From Mustelus asterias (taxonomy: Eukaryota), in assembly GCF_964213995.1 (NCBI RefSeq), contig NW_027590204.1:434001-498000 (forward strand): a DNA stretch of 64,000 bases. Direction: 5' to 3'. The notes below the pieces were generated by a model that saw nothing but the letters and a program-made list of their open reading frames with translations, searched no databases and was not told the origin of the DNA. The position numbers and the translations under genes were made by a program. Positions 1-13,439 of this stretch are shown here, piece by piece; within the stretch, counting starts at the first letter, position 1; every line of letters begins with the position of its first letter.

Positions 1-490
1 TGTTGGTCAGTTAAAGGAACTGTGGTGCACGAAAGCTGTGCGGGACCGAGTCGAGAAGAAAAGGAAAGCGTACAAAAGACTCAGAGCTTGGCAAAGATAG
101 GGATTTAGAAGAGTATACGACTTGTCGGAAGGGACTAAAGAAGGAAATTAGGAGAGCCAGAAGGGGTCACGAGAAGGCCCTGGCAGGTAGGATTAAGGAG
201 AACCCCAAGGCATTCTATAAATATGTGAAGAGTAAAAGGATGAGACGTGATGGAATAGGGCCTATAAAAGGTGAAGGCGGGAAAGTCTGTACGGAACCAG
301 TAGAAATGGCAGAGGTGCTCTGAGTATTTTGCCTGTTTTCACAGAGGAGAAGGACCTGGGTGGATGTACTGCGGGCTTGTGGTGGACTGAAAAGATTGAG
401 TAGGTGGACTTTAAGAAAGAGGTTGTGCTGGAATCTTTGAATGGCATCAAGATAGATAAGTCGCCGGGTCCGGATGGGATGGACCCCAGG
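1..490 (+). mobile_element. CR1/HER1-type LINE ORF2 fragment (region between endonuclease and RT)
   Basis: Translates to IRRARRGHEKALAGRIKENPKAFYKYV and IKIDKSPGPDG, same motifs as the other CR1 copies here; frameshifted. Confidence 0.9.
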
Positions 491-494
491 TTAC

Positions 495-3400
495 TCGGCC
501 TGGGGAGGTTTGTTGCTGGCTTTAAAAAGGGATTGCCTTGGAGGTTTCAGCCTCACTGTTCCACAGAGAGAGCTGAGGGTAAGAGAGTGTTTTTTAGTGG
601 AGATTTATTATTTTTTTCAGTTAATTTTGTGCGTAAAATCAGAGGTTTTTTTTTTCAAAACCGGAAGTAGGCCTGGGGAGGTTTGTTGCTGGCTTTAAAA
701 GGCAGGCAGCACTTACGAGCGGGCAGTGGAGCAAGTGAAGCAGAGTGGGAGCTGGCAGGGCTTTGGCTCACAGGGCTTGTGGGAAGCAGAGTGAGAGCTG
801 TCAGGGCTTTGGCTCAGAGGCTTAGGCGGTAAGGGCGAGGCAGGGCAAGTTATTTTTATCCAAACCTATATAGGAAAAGGGTAACTATGAATGATAGGCC
901 AGTTCTGTGCTTCCGGTGTGGGATGTGGGAGTTCCTGGAAACACCTAGCCTCCCGGAGGACCACATTTGCGCCAGGTGCGTGGAACTGCAGCTCCTGAGG
1001 GACCGCGTCACGGAACTGGAGCTGCAGATTGCTGACCTTGGTCGAGTCAGGGAGAATGAGAATAATTGACACGAGTTATAGGGAACTAGTTACACCGGGG
1101 CATCGGGAGGAAGACACGTGGGTCACAGTCAGGAGGAGTAAAGGTCAGAAGGATAACGTACCAGAGAGTACTCCAGTGGCTGTCTCTCATAAGAGGAAGG
1201 GCTCGGCGATAGGTGTGAGAGGGGAGGGGAGTGAGCAAGTATATTGTTTTGGATAGTGTGGAGGAGGATGACTCTCCAGGGGTAAGCCACAGTGACCAGG
1301 TCACTGGCACAGAGTCAGGCTCTGTGGCCCGGAAAGGAAAGAGAGGGGTTAGGAGAGAAATAGTGGTGGGGGATGCGTCGGTTAGAGGCACGGACAGGCG
1401 ATTCTGTGGGTGCGAAAAGGACTCCAGGATGGTAGTCTGCCTACCTGGTGCTGGGGTAATGGATGTCACCAAGTGGATAGGAGGCATCTTAAAAAGGGGA
1501 AGATAAAGAAACAGATGTCATTGTACACACTGGTGCAAATGACGTAGATAGGAAGCGCAGGGGGATCCTACGAGAGCAATTCAGGGAGTTGGGAAATAGA
1601 CTAAAAAGTAGGGCCTCCAGGGTGGCCATCTCTGGGCTGCTCCCAATGCCTCGTGCCAGTGAGGCTAAGAATAGGGAGTCAGTACAATTGAATGCTTGGC
1701 TAAAGGACTGGCCCAGGAGGGAGGGCTTCATTTTCCTAGATCAATGGGAAGTTCAGGAGAGGATGGCACCTGTACAAGGAGGACAGGTCACAACTAAGTT
1801 GGAAAGGCACGAATATCCTGGCTGGGAGTTTTGCGAGTGCAGTTCGGGGGGGGGGGGGTTTAAACTAGTATGGCAGGGGGGTGGGGATCAAAATATTAGG
1901 TCTACAAGTGTCGAGGCTGGGGACGAGCTTGGGGCTGGGACAAGGCTGGCAAAGAAGTGCACTCTGGGGGAGGATGACCTCACTGGGCCTGGAGGTCTGG
2001 AGTGCTTATACTTCAATGCAAGGAGCGTAGCAGGTAAGACAGACAAACTTAGGGCCTTAATGCTCACAAGGAATTTGGATGTGGTTGCAGTGACAGAGAC
2101 TTGGTTGAAAGAGGGACAGGACTGGCAGCTGAACATTCCGGGGTACAAGTGTTTTCGGTGAGACAGAGGAGGGGCCAAAAGAGGTGGGGGAGTAGCAGTA
2201 TTAGTTGGAGAGCATATTACAGCAGTGCAGAAGGAGGACAATTCAGAGGGGTTGTGTAACAAGTCACTCTGGGTGGAGCTTAGAAACAGGAAGGGTGCAG
2301 TCACTATGTTGGGGGTATACTACAGGCCCCCCAACAGCCCAAGGGAAGTGGAAGAACGGATATGTCAGGAGATACTGGATAGGTGCAGGAAAAATAGGGT
2401 TGTTGTAGTGGGAGACTTCAATTTCCCTGGTATAGACTGGAAATCGCTGAGAGCAGGGACTCTGAATGGGGAGGAATTTGTAAAATGCGTCCAGGAGAGT
2501 TCTTTGGAACAATATGTAGATAGCCCGACTAGAGAGGGGGCTATACTGGACCTAGTACTGGGGAATGAGCCCGGTCAGGTCTTCAAAGTTTCGGTAGGGG
2601 AACATGTGACAAATAGTGACCACAATTGTTAGCTTTAGGATAGCGATGGAAAAGGATGAGTGGTGTCCCAAGGGTAAGGTGTTGGATTGGGGGAAGGCTA
2701 ACTTTAGTGGGATTAGGCAGAAATTGGCAGCTCTTGATTGGGAGAGGCTGTTTGAGGATAAATCCACATCTGGCATATGGGAGTCTTTTAAGGAACAGTT
2801 GTTAGGGCTACAGGACAGGCATGTGCCCGTAAAAAAGGATAGGATTCAAGAACCGTGGATAACCAGGGAAATTGAGGGACTGGTCAAAAAGAAAAGAGGC
2901 GTATGTTAGGTCCAGGCAGCTAAAAACGGAGGGAGCTCTGGAGGAGTACAAAGAAAGTAGGAAAGAACTCAAACGGGGAATTAGAAGGGCAAAAAGGGGT
3001 CACGAAATGTCCTTGGCAGACAGGATTAAGGAGAATCCCAAGGCATTTTATTCATACGTTAGGAACAAAAGGGTTGTCAGGGGAAAAAAAAATGGGACCT
3101 CTCAGGGACAAAAGTGGGGAATTATGCTTGGAGCCCAAAGAAGTCGGGGAGATCCGAAATGAATACTTTGTGTCGGTATTCACAAAGGAGAGGGATGTGT
3201 TGACTGGGAGTGTCTCGGAGGGGAGTGTTGAACCGTTGGAGAAAATCTCCATTACAAGGGAGGAACTGTTAGGTTTGTTAGAGAATATAAAGACTGACAA
3301 ATCCCCAGGGCCTGATGGAATCTATCCAAGGCTGCTCAGGGAGACGAGAGATGAAATCGCTGGGTCTCTGACGCAAATCTTTGTCTCGTCACTGGACACA

Positions 3401-4580
3401 GGTGAGGTCCCAGAGGATAGCTAATGTGGTCCCGTTATTTAACCCGGGTAATTATAGGCCGGTGAGCTTGACATCCGTGGTGGGGAAGTTGTTGAAGAAG
3501 TGACTGGAATGGTTGACGGGGGAAGGGCCGTGGATGTCATCTATATGGACTTCAGTAAAGCGTTTGACAAAGTCCCTCATGGTAGGCTGGTGAAAAAGAT
3601 TGGATCTCATGGGATAAAGGGGGAGGTGGCTAGATGGGTGGAGAACTGGCTTGGTCACAGAAGACAGAGGGTGGTAGTGGAAGGGTCTTTTTCCGGCTGG
3701 ATGCCTGTGACTAGTGGTGTTCCGCAGGGCTCTGTATTGGGACCTCTGCTGTTTGTGATTTATATAAACGATCTGGAAGAAGGTGTAACTGGGGTGATCA
3801 TTAAGTTTGCGGACGACACAAAATTGGCAGGACTTGCAGATAGTGAGGAGCATTGTCAGAGGCTACAGAAGGATATAGATAGGCTGGAAATTTGGGCAAA
3901 GAAATGGCAGATGGAGTTCAATCCTGATGAATGCGAAGTGATGCATTTTGGTAGAAATAATGTAGGGAGGAGCTATACGATAAATGGCAGAACCATAAAG
4001 GGTGTAGATACGCAGAGGGATCTGGGTGTGCAAGTCCACAGATCCTTGAAGGTGACGTCACAGGTGGAGAAGGTGGTGAAGGCAGCATACGGCATGCTTG
4101 CCTTTATAGGACGGGGCATAGAGTATAAAGGTTGGGGTCTGATGTTGCAGATGTATAGAACATTGGTTCGGCCGCATTTGGAATACTGCGTCCAGTTCTG
4201 GTCGCCACACTACCAGAAGGACGTGGAGGCTTTGGAGAGAGTCCAGAGGAGGTTTACCAGGATGTTGCCTGGTATGGAGCGGCTTAGTTATGAGGAGAGA
4301 TTGGATAAACTGGGGTTGTTCTCCCTGGAAAGACGGAGGATGTGGGGAGACTTAATAGAGGTGTCTAAAAGGCATAGATAGGGTGAACGGTGGGAAACTT
4401 TTCCCCCCCGAGGGGTCATAGATTCAAGGTGAAGGGGGGGGGGGCGGGGGGAGGAGGTTTAACACAGATATCAGAAGGACATATTTTACACAGAGGGTGG
4501 TGGGGGCCTGGAATGCGCTGCCAGGCAAGGTGGTGGAGGTGGACACACTGGGAACGTTTAAGACTTATCTAGATAGCCAT
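495..4580 (+). mobile_element. Near-full-length degenerate CR1 LINE (5'UTR, ORF1 zinc-finger/coiled-coil + esterase, ORF2 APE endonuclease + RT)
   Basis: ORF1 from 887: CxxC..CxxC then leucine heptads; esterase-like VGDxS.R, CLPGA, HTGAND, ISGLLP. ORF2 from ~1995: YFNARS, VTETWL, YYRPP, VVGDFNFP, ILDLVL, SDH, then RT DFSKAFDKVPH, GVPQGSVLGP, FADDTK. Several frameshifts and stops. Confidence 0.92.
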
Positions 4581-4581
4581 T

Positions 4582-5455
4582 CAGACGGAATTCCACATTG
4601 GCCCAAAAACCTCAACCCCCCTCCCTGGGTGAGGTGCCCCACAGCCTGAGCCGCCTCGCGGAAATGTCCTCCATGCCTTTTTCTACCGCGCAGAGGCATT
4701 TCCTGTGCGGGCTGCTGCTGCACACCTTCCACTACTGCCTCCTCGCCTGTCGCCCGGATACACCTTGGCGGGCCTTGTTGCCATGGGCAGCGGAGGTCCC
4801 CAGTGGAGGTCCTTCTACGGAGGGATCTCCCCCAATTACATCGGGGACCTGGGGTGGAGGGTGATGCATGCAGTAGTTCCGCACAACCGTAGGATTCACT
4901 GGTTCACAGGCTCCAAAGACTGCCCTTTCTGCGGCCTTGTGGAGTCCGTGGACCATGTCTATGTTGTGTGTCTTAGGCTGCACTCCCTTTATGTTTTCCT
5001 GAAGAACCTTTTGTTGATGTTCTGTTTGCACTTCAGTCCCATGCTCCTGATCTACGGACACCCGGTGTGGAGAGGAGAGGGTCGGGATGGCGACCTCCTC
5101 ACGAACCTGCTCCTGGGCCTGGCGAAACACGCCATTTACCGGTCCAGGCTGCGGGCGATCGAGAGGGCCGTCCGTCCTGACTGTCTTCCCCTCTACCGCG
5201 GCTACGTTCGCGGCCAGGTGTCCCTGGAGAGGGAGCATGCGGTGTCCACGGGCGCGGTTGAAGCTTTCCGCACCCGTTGAGCACCGCAGAGGTTGGGGTG
5301 CATTATTGACCCTAATAATCACATTTTAAATTGATCTTTAAGTTTCCTTTGTACTTTGATTTCTGTTCAGGCTGTTCCCCCTCCTTTTGGGGAGCTGCCC
5401 CGTTTACTTTGTCCTGACTTAACCTGAGTTTGTTTATTTGGTTTGACCTTAAAAG
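4582..5455 (+). mobile_element. Tx1/L1-clade LINE 3' end (ORF2 C-terminal CCHC region and 3'UTR)
   Basis: DLGWRVMH...CPFCGLVESVDHVYVVC knuckle and NLLLGLAKHAIY in ORF 4705-5280; T-rich 3'UTR. Confidence 0.8.
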
Positions 5456-6809
5456 AGGGCAACATCTGTGAGTAACACACTTTCTTGGAGCTTGCTTGCT
5501 GGAGACGCCCGTTTTCTATCGTTTCTGCCGAATTGTTGGCTTCCTGCAAGGAAGGGAGGAGGGAAGGGGGAGGAAGGTGAGCTATCGCCTGCCTGCGGTC
5601 CGCTGGAGGGTGCTCTCTCCCTGGAGGGAGAGAGGGAAAGAGGACACGGAGACACTCTCTTTACTTTTTTCCACCTACGGGAGGGAAGACTGCACCGGGG
5701 GGGGAGGGGGGGGGGGGGGGGAAGACACCCTGGACTTAGTTTGCGCCCAAGAGAGCTGGAAGAGTAAAGTCCCCCTCCCCACTGCTGCTGCCCCCAACAC
5801 CGGCACTCCCTCCCTCCTGACTGGGGCACCAGCCCTCCTCAGTGCCCTCTCCCTCGGGTACGATCTGCACCTGCGTCCGTGCAGATTGCCACTTTACCGA
5901 AACCCGGGAATGGCGGTGATCCACTTTGCGCCCAAAACAGGTACAATGGCGATTTAAATTGAATGAATGAACTCCCCTTCACCACCACGTTTGCCAATCC
6001 GGAACTGCACCGTAATGGACCTGCCTGTACTGTACTATGTTCTGTGTGTTCCATGTAATCCAAGGTTGTCCTCCTCACTATTTACCACACCACCAATGAC
6101 AATCTGTTCAATTCTATCACATACCCATCCCTGCTTTCCTGTACCTACATTGTCCTTCCACACAGTGAACACAGATGCAAAATACTCATTTAGTGCCTCA
6201 AATACATCTTCCGGCTCCACACCAAAGTTGTCTAATGGGCAATTGGTTCCTAACCAACCTACTCTTTTCCCGATTACCCTCTTGCCCTTAAAATATAAAT
6301 AAAAGATCTTGTGATTTTTTCTTTAGTTCTAACCTTCTGTGGCAACGCACTGCCTCAATAAGACATTGGGACTCAGTATTGATGCAGTTTGATGGACAAG
6401 TTGTCTCCATTCTGAACAATGGGGAACAAGCCCCTCCCATTCACTGACAATTTGCCCCTTACAAAGATGGTGATCACCCATCCACACATCGCCATCTTTA
6501 TTGGGGGCAGTCATTAAGATCTCAGGGATCTTTGACCCACTTGATGCAAATGAGGGAACTGGTAAATTTTCTTTCTGCACTGTAAAGAAGCGGTGATGTG
6601 AGTTCCTGACTGATGGGGAAAGATCACAGACAGCAGTTCTTAAAGGGAAATGGCAATCCTGAAAACACAATCAGCTCTAGATCCAGAATATTAAACTCCA
6701 GCCCAGTTGCAGGGATTATTATCAGCAGAAACAAACCTCAAATGTCAGAATGAATGTGGCTCACTCCTGGATGTGATTAACAGCAGCAGCTACAGCAGAA
6801 TCCACTCCC

Positions 6810-7615
<806 letters not shown>

Positions 7616-7760
7616 GCAGAAGGAGTTTACAAAACTACTGTCAGTCCAGGATAGAAATTCTGATCAGACAAGTCTAATTTCAAAGGGAACAACTTTTCTG
7701 TTCTTGTTCCCCAAAACAGTAAATCTATGTCCCACACACTCTCCCTCCTCCCTGAGTTGA

Positions 7761-8075
7761 GGGCAGCACGGTGGCACAGTGGTTAGCACTGCTGCCTCAC
7801 AGCACCAAGGACCCAAGTTTGATTCCCAGCTTGGGTCACTGTCTGTTTGCACATTCTCCCCATGTCTGCATGGGTTTTCGCCAAGTGCTCTGGTTTCCTC
7901 CCACAGTCCAAACAGGTGTAGGTTAGGTGAATTGGCTATGCTAAATTACCCCTAGTGTCAGGGGGACTAGCTCGGGTAAATGCATTGGCTAATGGGGATA
8001 GGGCGTGGATGGGATTGTGGTCAGTGCAGACTCGATGGGCCGAATGGCCTCCTTCTGCACTGTCGGATTCTATGA
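7761..8075 (+). mobile_element. HE1-like V-SINE
   Basis: tRNA-like head GGTGGCACAGTGGTTAGCACTGCTGCCTCACAG, V-domain core, CR1-like tail GGGCCGAATGGCCTCCTTCTGCACTG. Confidence 0.9.
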
Positions 8076-8267
8076 GATCGAAATGAAATGTTGCATATTT
8101 TTCATGCATCCTCACAACTAATTTTTCCAAATCACTCCAAGGCCTTTTCTTCCCTATCTCTGGAATCACCTCCAGCATTGCTCCAATTCTGGCTTCCTGC
8201 ACATTCCCTATTTTAATCACTCCACCATTAGTGACTAGACCTTCAGTGCACAGGGATGACTTCTCAA

Positions 8268-8575
8268 AGAATTCCTACAGTGCAGAAGGAAAGCATTTGG
8301 CCCATCAAGTCTGCAGCAACTCTGAATATTTTACCCCTGATCTATACCTGTAACCCACGTTTTTACCCCACTAATCCACCTTACCTGTACACGAAGGGGC
8401 AATATAGCATGGCCAATCCCCCTAAGCATCACATCTTTGGACAGTGGGGGGAAACCGGAGCATCCAGAGGAAACCCACAGTCACAAGGATAATGTGCAAA
8501 CTCCGCACAGACAGTGACCCAAGGCTGGAATCGAACCTGGGTCCCTGGCGCTGTGAGGCAGCAGTGTTAACCACC
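8268..8575 (-). mobile_element. HE1-like V-SINE
   Basis: Reverse complement of the same head, core and tail. Confidence 0.85.
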
Positions 8576-8699
8576 CTGGTATTAATGGTGTTTTATCAAT
8601 AGAAGTTGTTGTTGGCTGTAACCCTAAATTCCGGTTTTCAACAACACAGTTTGTTATTAAATCAATCTGATTTTTTTTGTCCCCTGTGGGTTATTCATT

Positions 8700-8960
8700 T
8701 GGTTTCACCCCCAAGAAATACGGTGGCTGCGCATGAGTTGTTCCAAATTATGCTCAATAAAGATGGCAGACGCGCATGCACTTTGCAGTACGTGGATCCC
8801 TATAAAGATGGCGGATATTAACTCGGTCCTGAAGCCTTCGGAAGGCCCAAGGAATTGGCTTGGCAAATTGAGGGACTGTGGCCGACACTGGGTGTTTATA
8901 AAGCCTCACCACCCGCCAACTCCATTTATGTTTCCGGTTTTATTTCGGGCTCTGGATCCA
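8700..8960. promoter_or_regulatory. CpG-rich promoter/exon-1 region (probably of the ZNF pseudogene at 6.8-7.6k)
   Basis: YY1-like AAGATGGC twice, NRF1-like GCGCATG twice; similar to 34715-34780. Confidence 0.5.
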
Positions 8961-8984
8961 CACTCGGTCTTTGTAAACACATTC

Positions 8985-10750
8985 CTCTTAGAGTGAAGGG
9001 CAAGGCTGGCAGAAGTCAGGAAGCCCGGATGACTCGGGATACTGAGGCCCTGGTCAAGAAGAAGAAAGAGGCACATGACATGCATAGGGAGCTGGGATCA
9101 AGTGAATCCCTTGGCGTATAGGGGGTGTAGGAGTAGAGTTAAAAGAGAAATCAGGAGGGCAAAAAGGGGACACGAGATTGTTTTGGCAGATAAGGCAAAG
9201 GAGAATCCAAAGAGCTTCTACAAATACATAAAGTGCAAAAGAGTAACAAGGGAGAGAGAGTAGGGCCTCTTAAGGATCAACAAGGTCACCTATATGAGGA
9301 TCCACAAGAGATGGGTGAGATCCTATATGAATATTTCTCATCAGTATTTACTGTTGAGAAAAGCATGGAACTTGGGGAAATAAATAGTGATGTCTGGAGG
9401 AGTACATATTACAGAGAAGGAGGTGCTGGAAGTTTTAAAGTGCATCAAGGTAGATAAATCCCTGGGACCTGATGAAGTGTATCCCAGGACACCGTGGGAG
9501 GCTAGGGGGGGAAATTGCGGGTCCCCTAGCAGAGATATTTGAATCATCGATAGTCACAGGTGAGGTGCCTGAAGATTGGAGAGTGGCAAATGTTGTGCCT
9601 TTGTTTAAAAAGGGCTGCAGGGAAAAGCCTGGGAACTAGAGGCCAGCGAGCCTCACATCTGTGGTGGGTAAATTGTTCGAAGGTATTTTGATCTACAGGC
9701 ATTTAGAGACACAAGGACTGATTAGGGACAGTCAGCATAGCTTTGCGAGTGGAAAATCATGTCTCACAAACTTGATTTGAGTTTTTTGAAGGGGTAACCA
9801 AAAAGGTAGATGAGGGCAGTGCAGTTAATGTTATCTACATGGACTTTAGCAAGGCCTTTGACAAGGTACCACATGGTAGGTTGTTACACAAGGTTAAATC
9901 TCACAGGATCCAGGGCGAGGTATCTAAATGGATACAAAATTGGCTTCTGTCGGATGGTTGTAGTGAATTGTTTTTCAAACTGGAGGCCTGTGACCAGCGG
10001 TGGGCCTCAGGGATCAGTGATTTGGATGAGAATATAGGCGGCATGGTTAGTAAGTTTGCAGATGACACCAAGATTGGTGGCATAGTGGAAAGTGAAGAGA
10101 GTTATCTCCAATTGCAACAGGATCTTGATCACCACACAGAGGTGGTGGGGGCCTGGAATGCGCTGCCAAGTAGGGTGGTGGAGGCAGCCACACTGACATC
10201 GTTTAAGACTTACCTGGATAGTCACATAAGCAGTCTGGGAATGGAGGGATACAAACGATTGGTCTAGTTGGACCAAGGAGCGGCACAGGCTTGGAGGGCC
10301 AAAGGGCCTGTTTCCTGTGCTGTACTGTTCTTTGTTCTAATTGGACCAGTGGGCTGACAAATGGCAGATGGAGTTTAATTTGGATAAATGCAAGGTGATG
10401 CATCTTGGTAGATCGAACCAGGGCAGGACTTACTCAGTTCGGGAGAGTTATAGAACAAAGAGATCGAGGGGTACAGGTTCATAGCTCCTTGAAAGTAGAG
10501 TCACAGATGGACAGAGTGGTGAAGACGACATTTGGCATGCTTGGTTTCATTGGTCAGAACATTGAATGCAGAAGTTGGTACAATTTGTTGAAGTTGTACA
10601 AGACATTGGTAAAACCACATTTGGAACACTGCAGTTCTGGTCACCCTATTATAGGAAGGATAATATTAAACTAGAAAGTGTGCAGAGAAGTTTTACTAGG
10701 ATGCTACCAGGACCTGATGGTGTGAAGTATAAGGAGAGGCTGGATAGAGG
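8985..10750 (+). mobile_element. Degenerate CR1 ORF2 with a nested CR1 3' tail at ~10132-10338
   Basis: KENPKSFYKYIK, DFSKAFDKVPHG, FADDTK, QFWSP motifs; nested tail ends TGTTCTTTGTTCT. Confidence 0.88.
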
Positions 10751-11469
10751 GAGGGGAGGCAGGCCCCAGCTCCCCCGCTCTCAGGGCACTGAGCTGTGCC
10801 TGCCTCCCCACAGGCAGTGCTAACTCCAGGCCCAGGCCCTAGCAGGCAGGAGGGGGTGAAGCAGATACTTACCTGGGAGGCACTGACACATTTCCCCCAG
10901 GGCTGTGCAGGGCAGGGTATCTCAGCGCAGGGGGCCCCACTCTCTCTGGGCCACAGCCTGAGGCACTGACCAGTCCTTCCAGACCAACCTAACCTGCTGG
11001 CACTGGAGGACCTACAATTTTCTCCCTAGCCTCCCACTCCTGGGATACACTTCATCAGGTCCTGGGGATTTATCTACCTTGATGCACTTGAAGACTTCCA
11101 GCACCTCCTTCTCTGCAGCACTATTTTAACCTCAAACAATGAATATAAAACAACATCATTAGCTATGGAAATAAATTAATTTTTAAAAAACAAATTATTG
11201 CAAGCTGATCTGCTATGTTAAATTTCTCAAAGTTCTCCTTTGAGACTACAGAGATTTGGAAGCTTTTACATTGTCTCCTCTCTCTCCCCTTCCTCAACTC
11301 TGGCTGGATTCAATCACAGTCATTGGTTCCTCTCGTTCTGTCTCTTCCTGATTCTGAATATTCATTGTTTTACAGAATGATACAGCACAGATGGAAACCA
11401 TTCAGCTCAGTATGCCTGGAAGATCTATCCAATAAATTCAATAGCCCTGTTGGAAAAGTCAGAACAATA

Positions 11470-12024
11470 AGGCCACACTTGGAATACTGTGTGCAGTTCT
11501 GGTCACCCTATTATAGAAAGGGTATTATTAAACTAGAGAGTGTGCAGAAGAGATTGACTGGGATGCTACCGGACTTGATGGTTTGCGTTATAAGGAGAGG
11601 CTGGATAGACTGAGACTTTTTTCCTCTGGAGCGCAGGAGGCTGAGGGGTGATCTTATAGAGATCTATAAAATAATGAGGGGCACAGATCAGCTAGATAGT
11701 CAATATCTTTTCCCAAAGGTAGGGGAGTCTAAAACTAGAGGGCATAGGTTTAAGGTGAGAGGGGAGAGATACAGAAGTGTCCAGAGGGGCAGTTTGTTCA
11801 CACAGAGGGTGGTGAGTGTCTGGAACAAGCTGCCAGAGGTAGTAGTAGAGGCCGGTACAATTTTATCTTTTAAAAAGCATTGAGACAGTGACATGGGTAC
11901 GATGGGTACAGAGGGATATGGGCCAAACACGAGCAATTGGGACGAGCTGAGCGGTTTTAAAAAGTGCAGCATGGACAAGTTGGGCCGAAGGGCCTGTTTC
12001 CAGGCTGTAAACCTCTGACTCTAT
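11470..12024 (+). mobile_element. CR1 3' end
   Basis: RPHLEYCVQFWSP, TRGHRFK, FTQRVV.VWN.LP; short-repeat tail CTCTGACTCTA. Confidence 0.9.
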
Positions 12025-12029
12025 AAAAA

Positions 12030-12720
12030 TCCCCATTTAAAACCCGCTCGCTCGAGCTCCTTACCGTCTGCCGCAGGCACTGCGCATGCTCCAGCTCCCA
12101 AACCAGGATGGGGCCGTTAACCTGGGCCTGTTCCCGGGAGGGAGGGAGGGAGAAGCCCCGCAGCTGCAAACCAGGGAGCTGACAATGATTCTGAAGGGTT
12201 TGCGGATCCTCCCCAATCTCCAACCGCCGGCTCCGCCGCTGCGATATTGACTCCGCCCCCACCAGGTTTTATCTGAGTGTTGGTCCTCCAGCCCCGCCCC
12301 TCATTCACTCTGATTGGTTGGAGGACCAGCCGCACCCGCTCGGTCCCCCAGCCCCGCCCCTCATTCACTCCGATTGGTTGAAGGACCAGCCGCTCCTGCT
12401 CGGTCCTCCAGCCCCGCCCCTTCTTCCGATTGGTCCGGAGCTGCCGTCAATCAGTCCCCGGGCATTGTGATGTGGAGCATGCGCAGTGTCATTGCTGTCC
12501 TTGGCGCTTGTTTGTCCCGGAGAAGCGGAGTCAGCGTTAGGCGGTGGCTGGGAGGATTTGGAAACACTTTGTGGATCCGCAAACCCTTCAGAATCATTGT
12601 CAGCTCCCTGGTTTGCAGCTGCGGGTCTTCTCCCTCCCTCCCGGGAACAGGCCCAGGTTAACGGCCCCATCCTGGCTCAGCCACTGGAGGATGGTTCACA
12701 TCAGAGGATGGGGGAGGGGG
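12030..12720. promoter_or_regulatory. Bidirectional ZNF promoter/exon-1 cassette with ~105-bp inverted arms
   Basis: Arms 12103-12209 and 12573-12675; core of ~60-bp units each with CCCCGCCCC and ATTGG; NRF1-like GCGCATGC; minus-strand donor G|GTAAGG near 12064. Confidence 0.7.
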
Positions 12721-12959
12721 ACAATAAATAAGAGGTTACACTTTGGCCTCAAATCAATGAGGACTCTGATCTCTGGGAAGGAAGGAAACCCTGGGAGGTG
12801 GGCGGGGAGGATTCACAAACACCCGCTGGAGGTCCCAACACCTCCAATAAGACCCATTGGTTTTATTGTCAGTCTGCAGACAGGAGCTGGAGAACTGAAC
12901 CCAGACAGAGGAGAGGGAGGGAGAAAACTGGGAGTGGAGGAAAGAAATGATGCTGAATG

Positions 12960-13272
12960 CAAGCAGACTTTTTCCGCTGAGGCTAGGGGAGAAAAAAACC
13001 AGAGGGCATGGGTTAAGGGTGAAAGGAGAAAAGTTTAAAGGGAATATTAGGGGGGGCTTCTTCACGCAGAGAGTGGTGGGAGTGTGGAATGAGCTGCCGG
13101 ATAAAGTAAATGTGGGGTCACTTTTAACATTTAAGAAAAACTTGGACGGGTTCATGGATGAGAGGGGTGTGGAGGGATATGGTCCAAGTGCAGGTCAGTG
13201 GGACTAGGCATAAAATGGTTCGGCACAGACAAGAAGGGCCAAAAGACCTGTTTCTGAGCTGTAATTTTCTAT
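12960..13272 (+). mobile_element. CR1 3' tail inserted in ZNF intron
   Basis: TRGHGLRVKG..FFTQRVVGVWNELP followed by CR1 3'UTR hairpin. Confidence 0.85.
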
Positions 13273-13439
13273 GGTGAGATGGGTTTGGATTTCAGCCCAG
13301 GGAGGAGGGAGAGTGTGTGGGATGGGGATTTACAGATTTGGGGGAACAAGAGAGGAAAAAATATTCCAGAGAAACAAGAATTGTCTTCACAATTTCTATC
13401 CTGGACTGGCAGTGATGACTTTTCTAAACTGTTTTACAG

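Noticed and set aside
7761-7835. tRNA genes at GGTGGCACAGTGGTTAGC motifs
   Set aside because: All continue into V-SINE core and tail; they are SINE heads
10865-10900. U1 snRNA gene (ATACTTACCTGG)
   Set aside because: Only 12 nt match and the downstream sequence is unlike U1; better explained as an antisense 5' splice site
12314-13038. Protein-coding ORFs in the promoter cassettes (also 44.5-45.3k and 52.8-53.4k)
   Set aside because: GC-rich sequence with frame-breaking indels and insertions between paralogous copies
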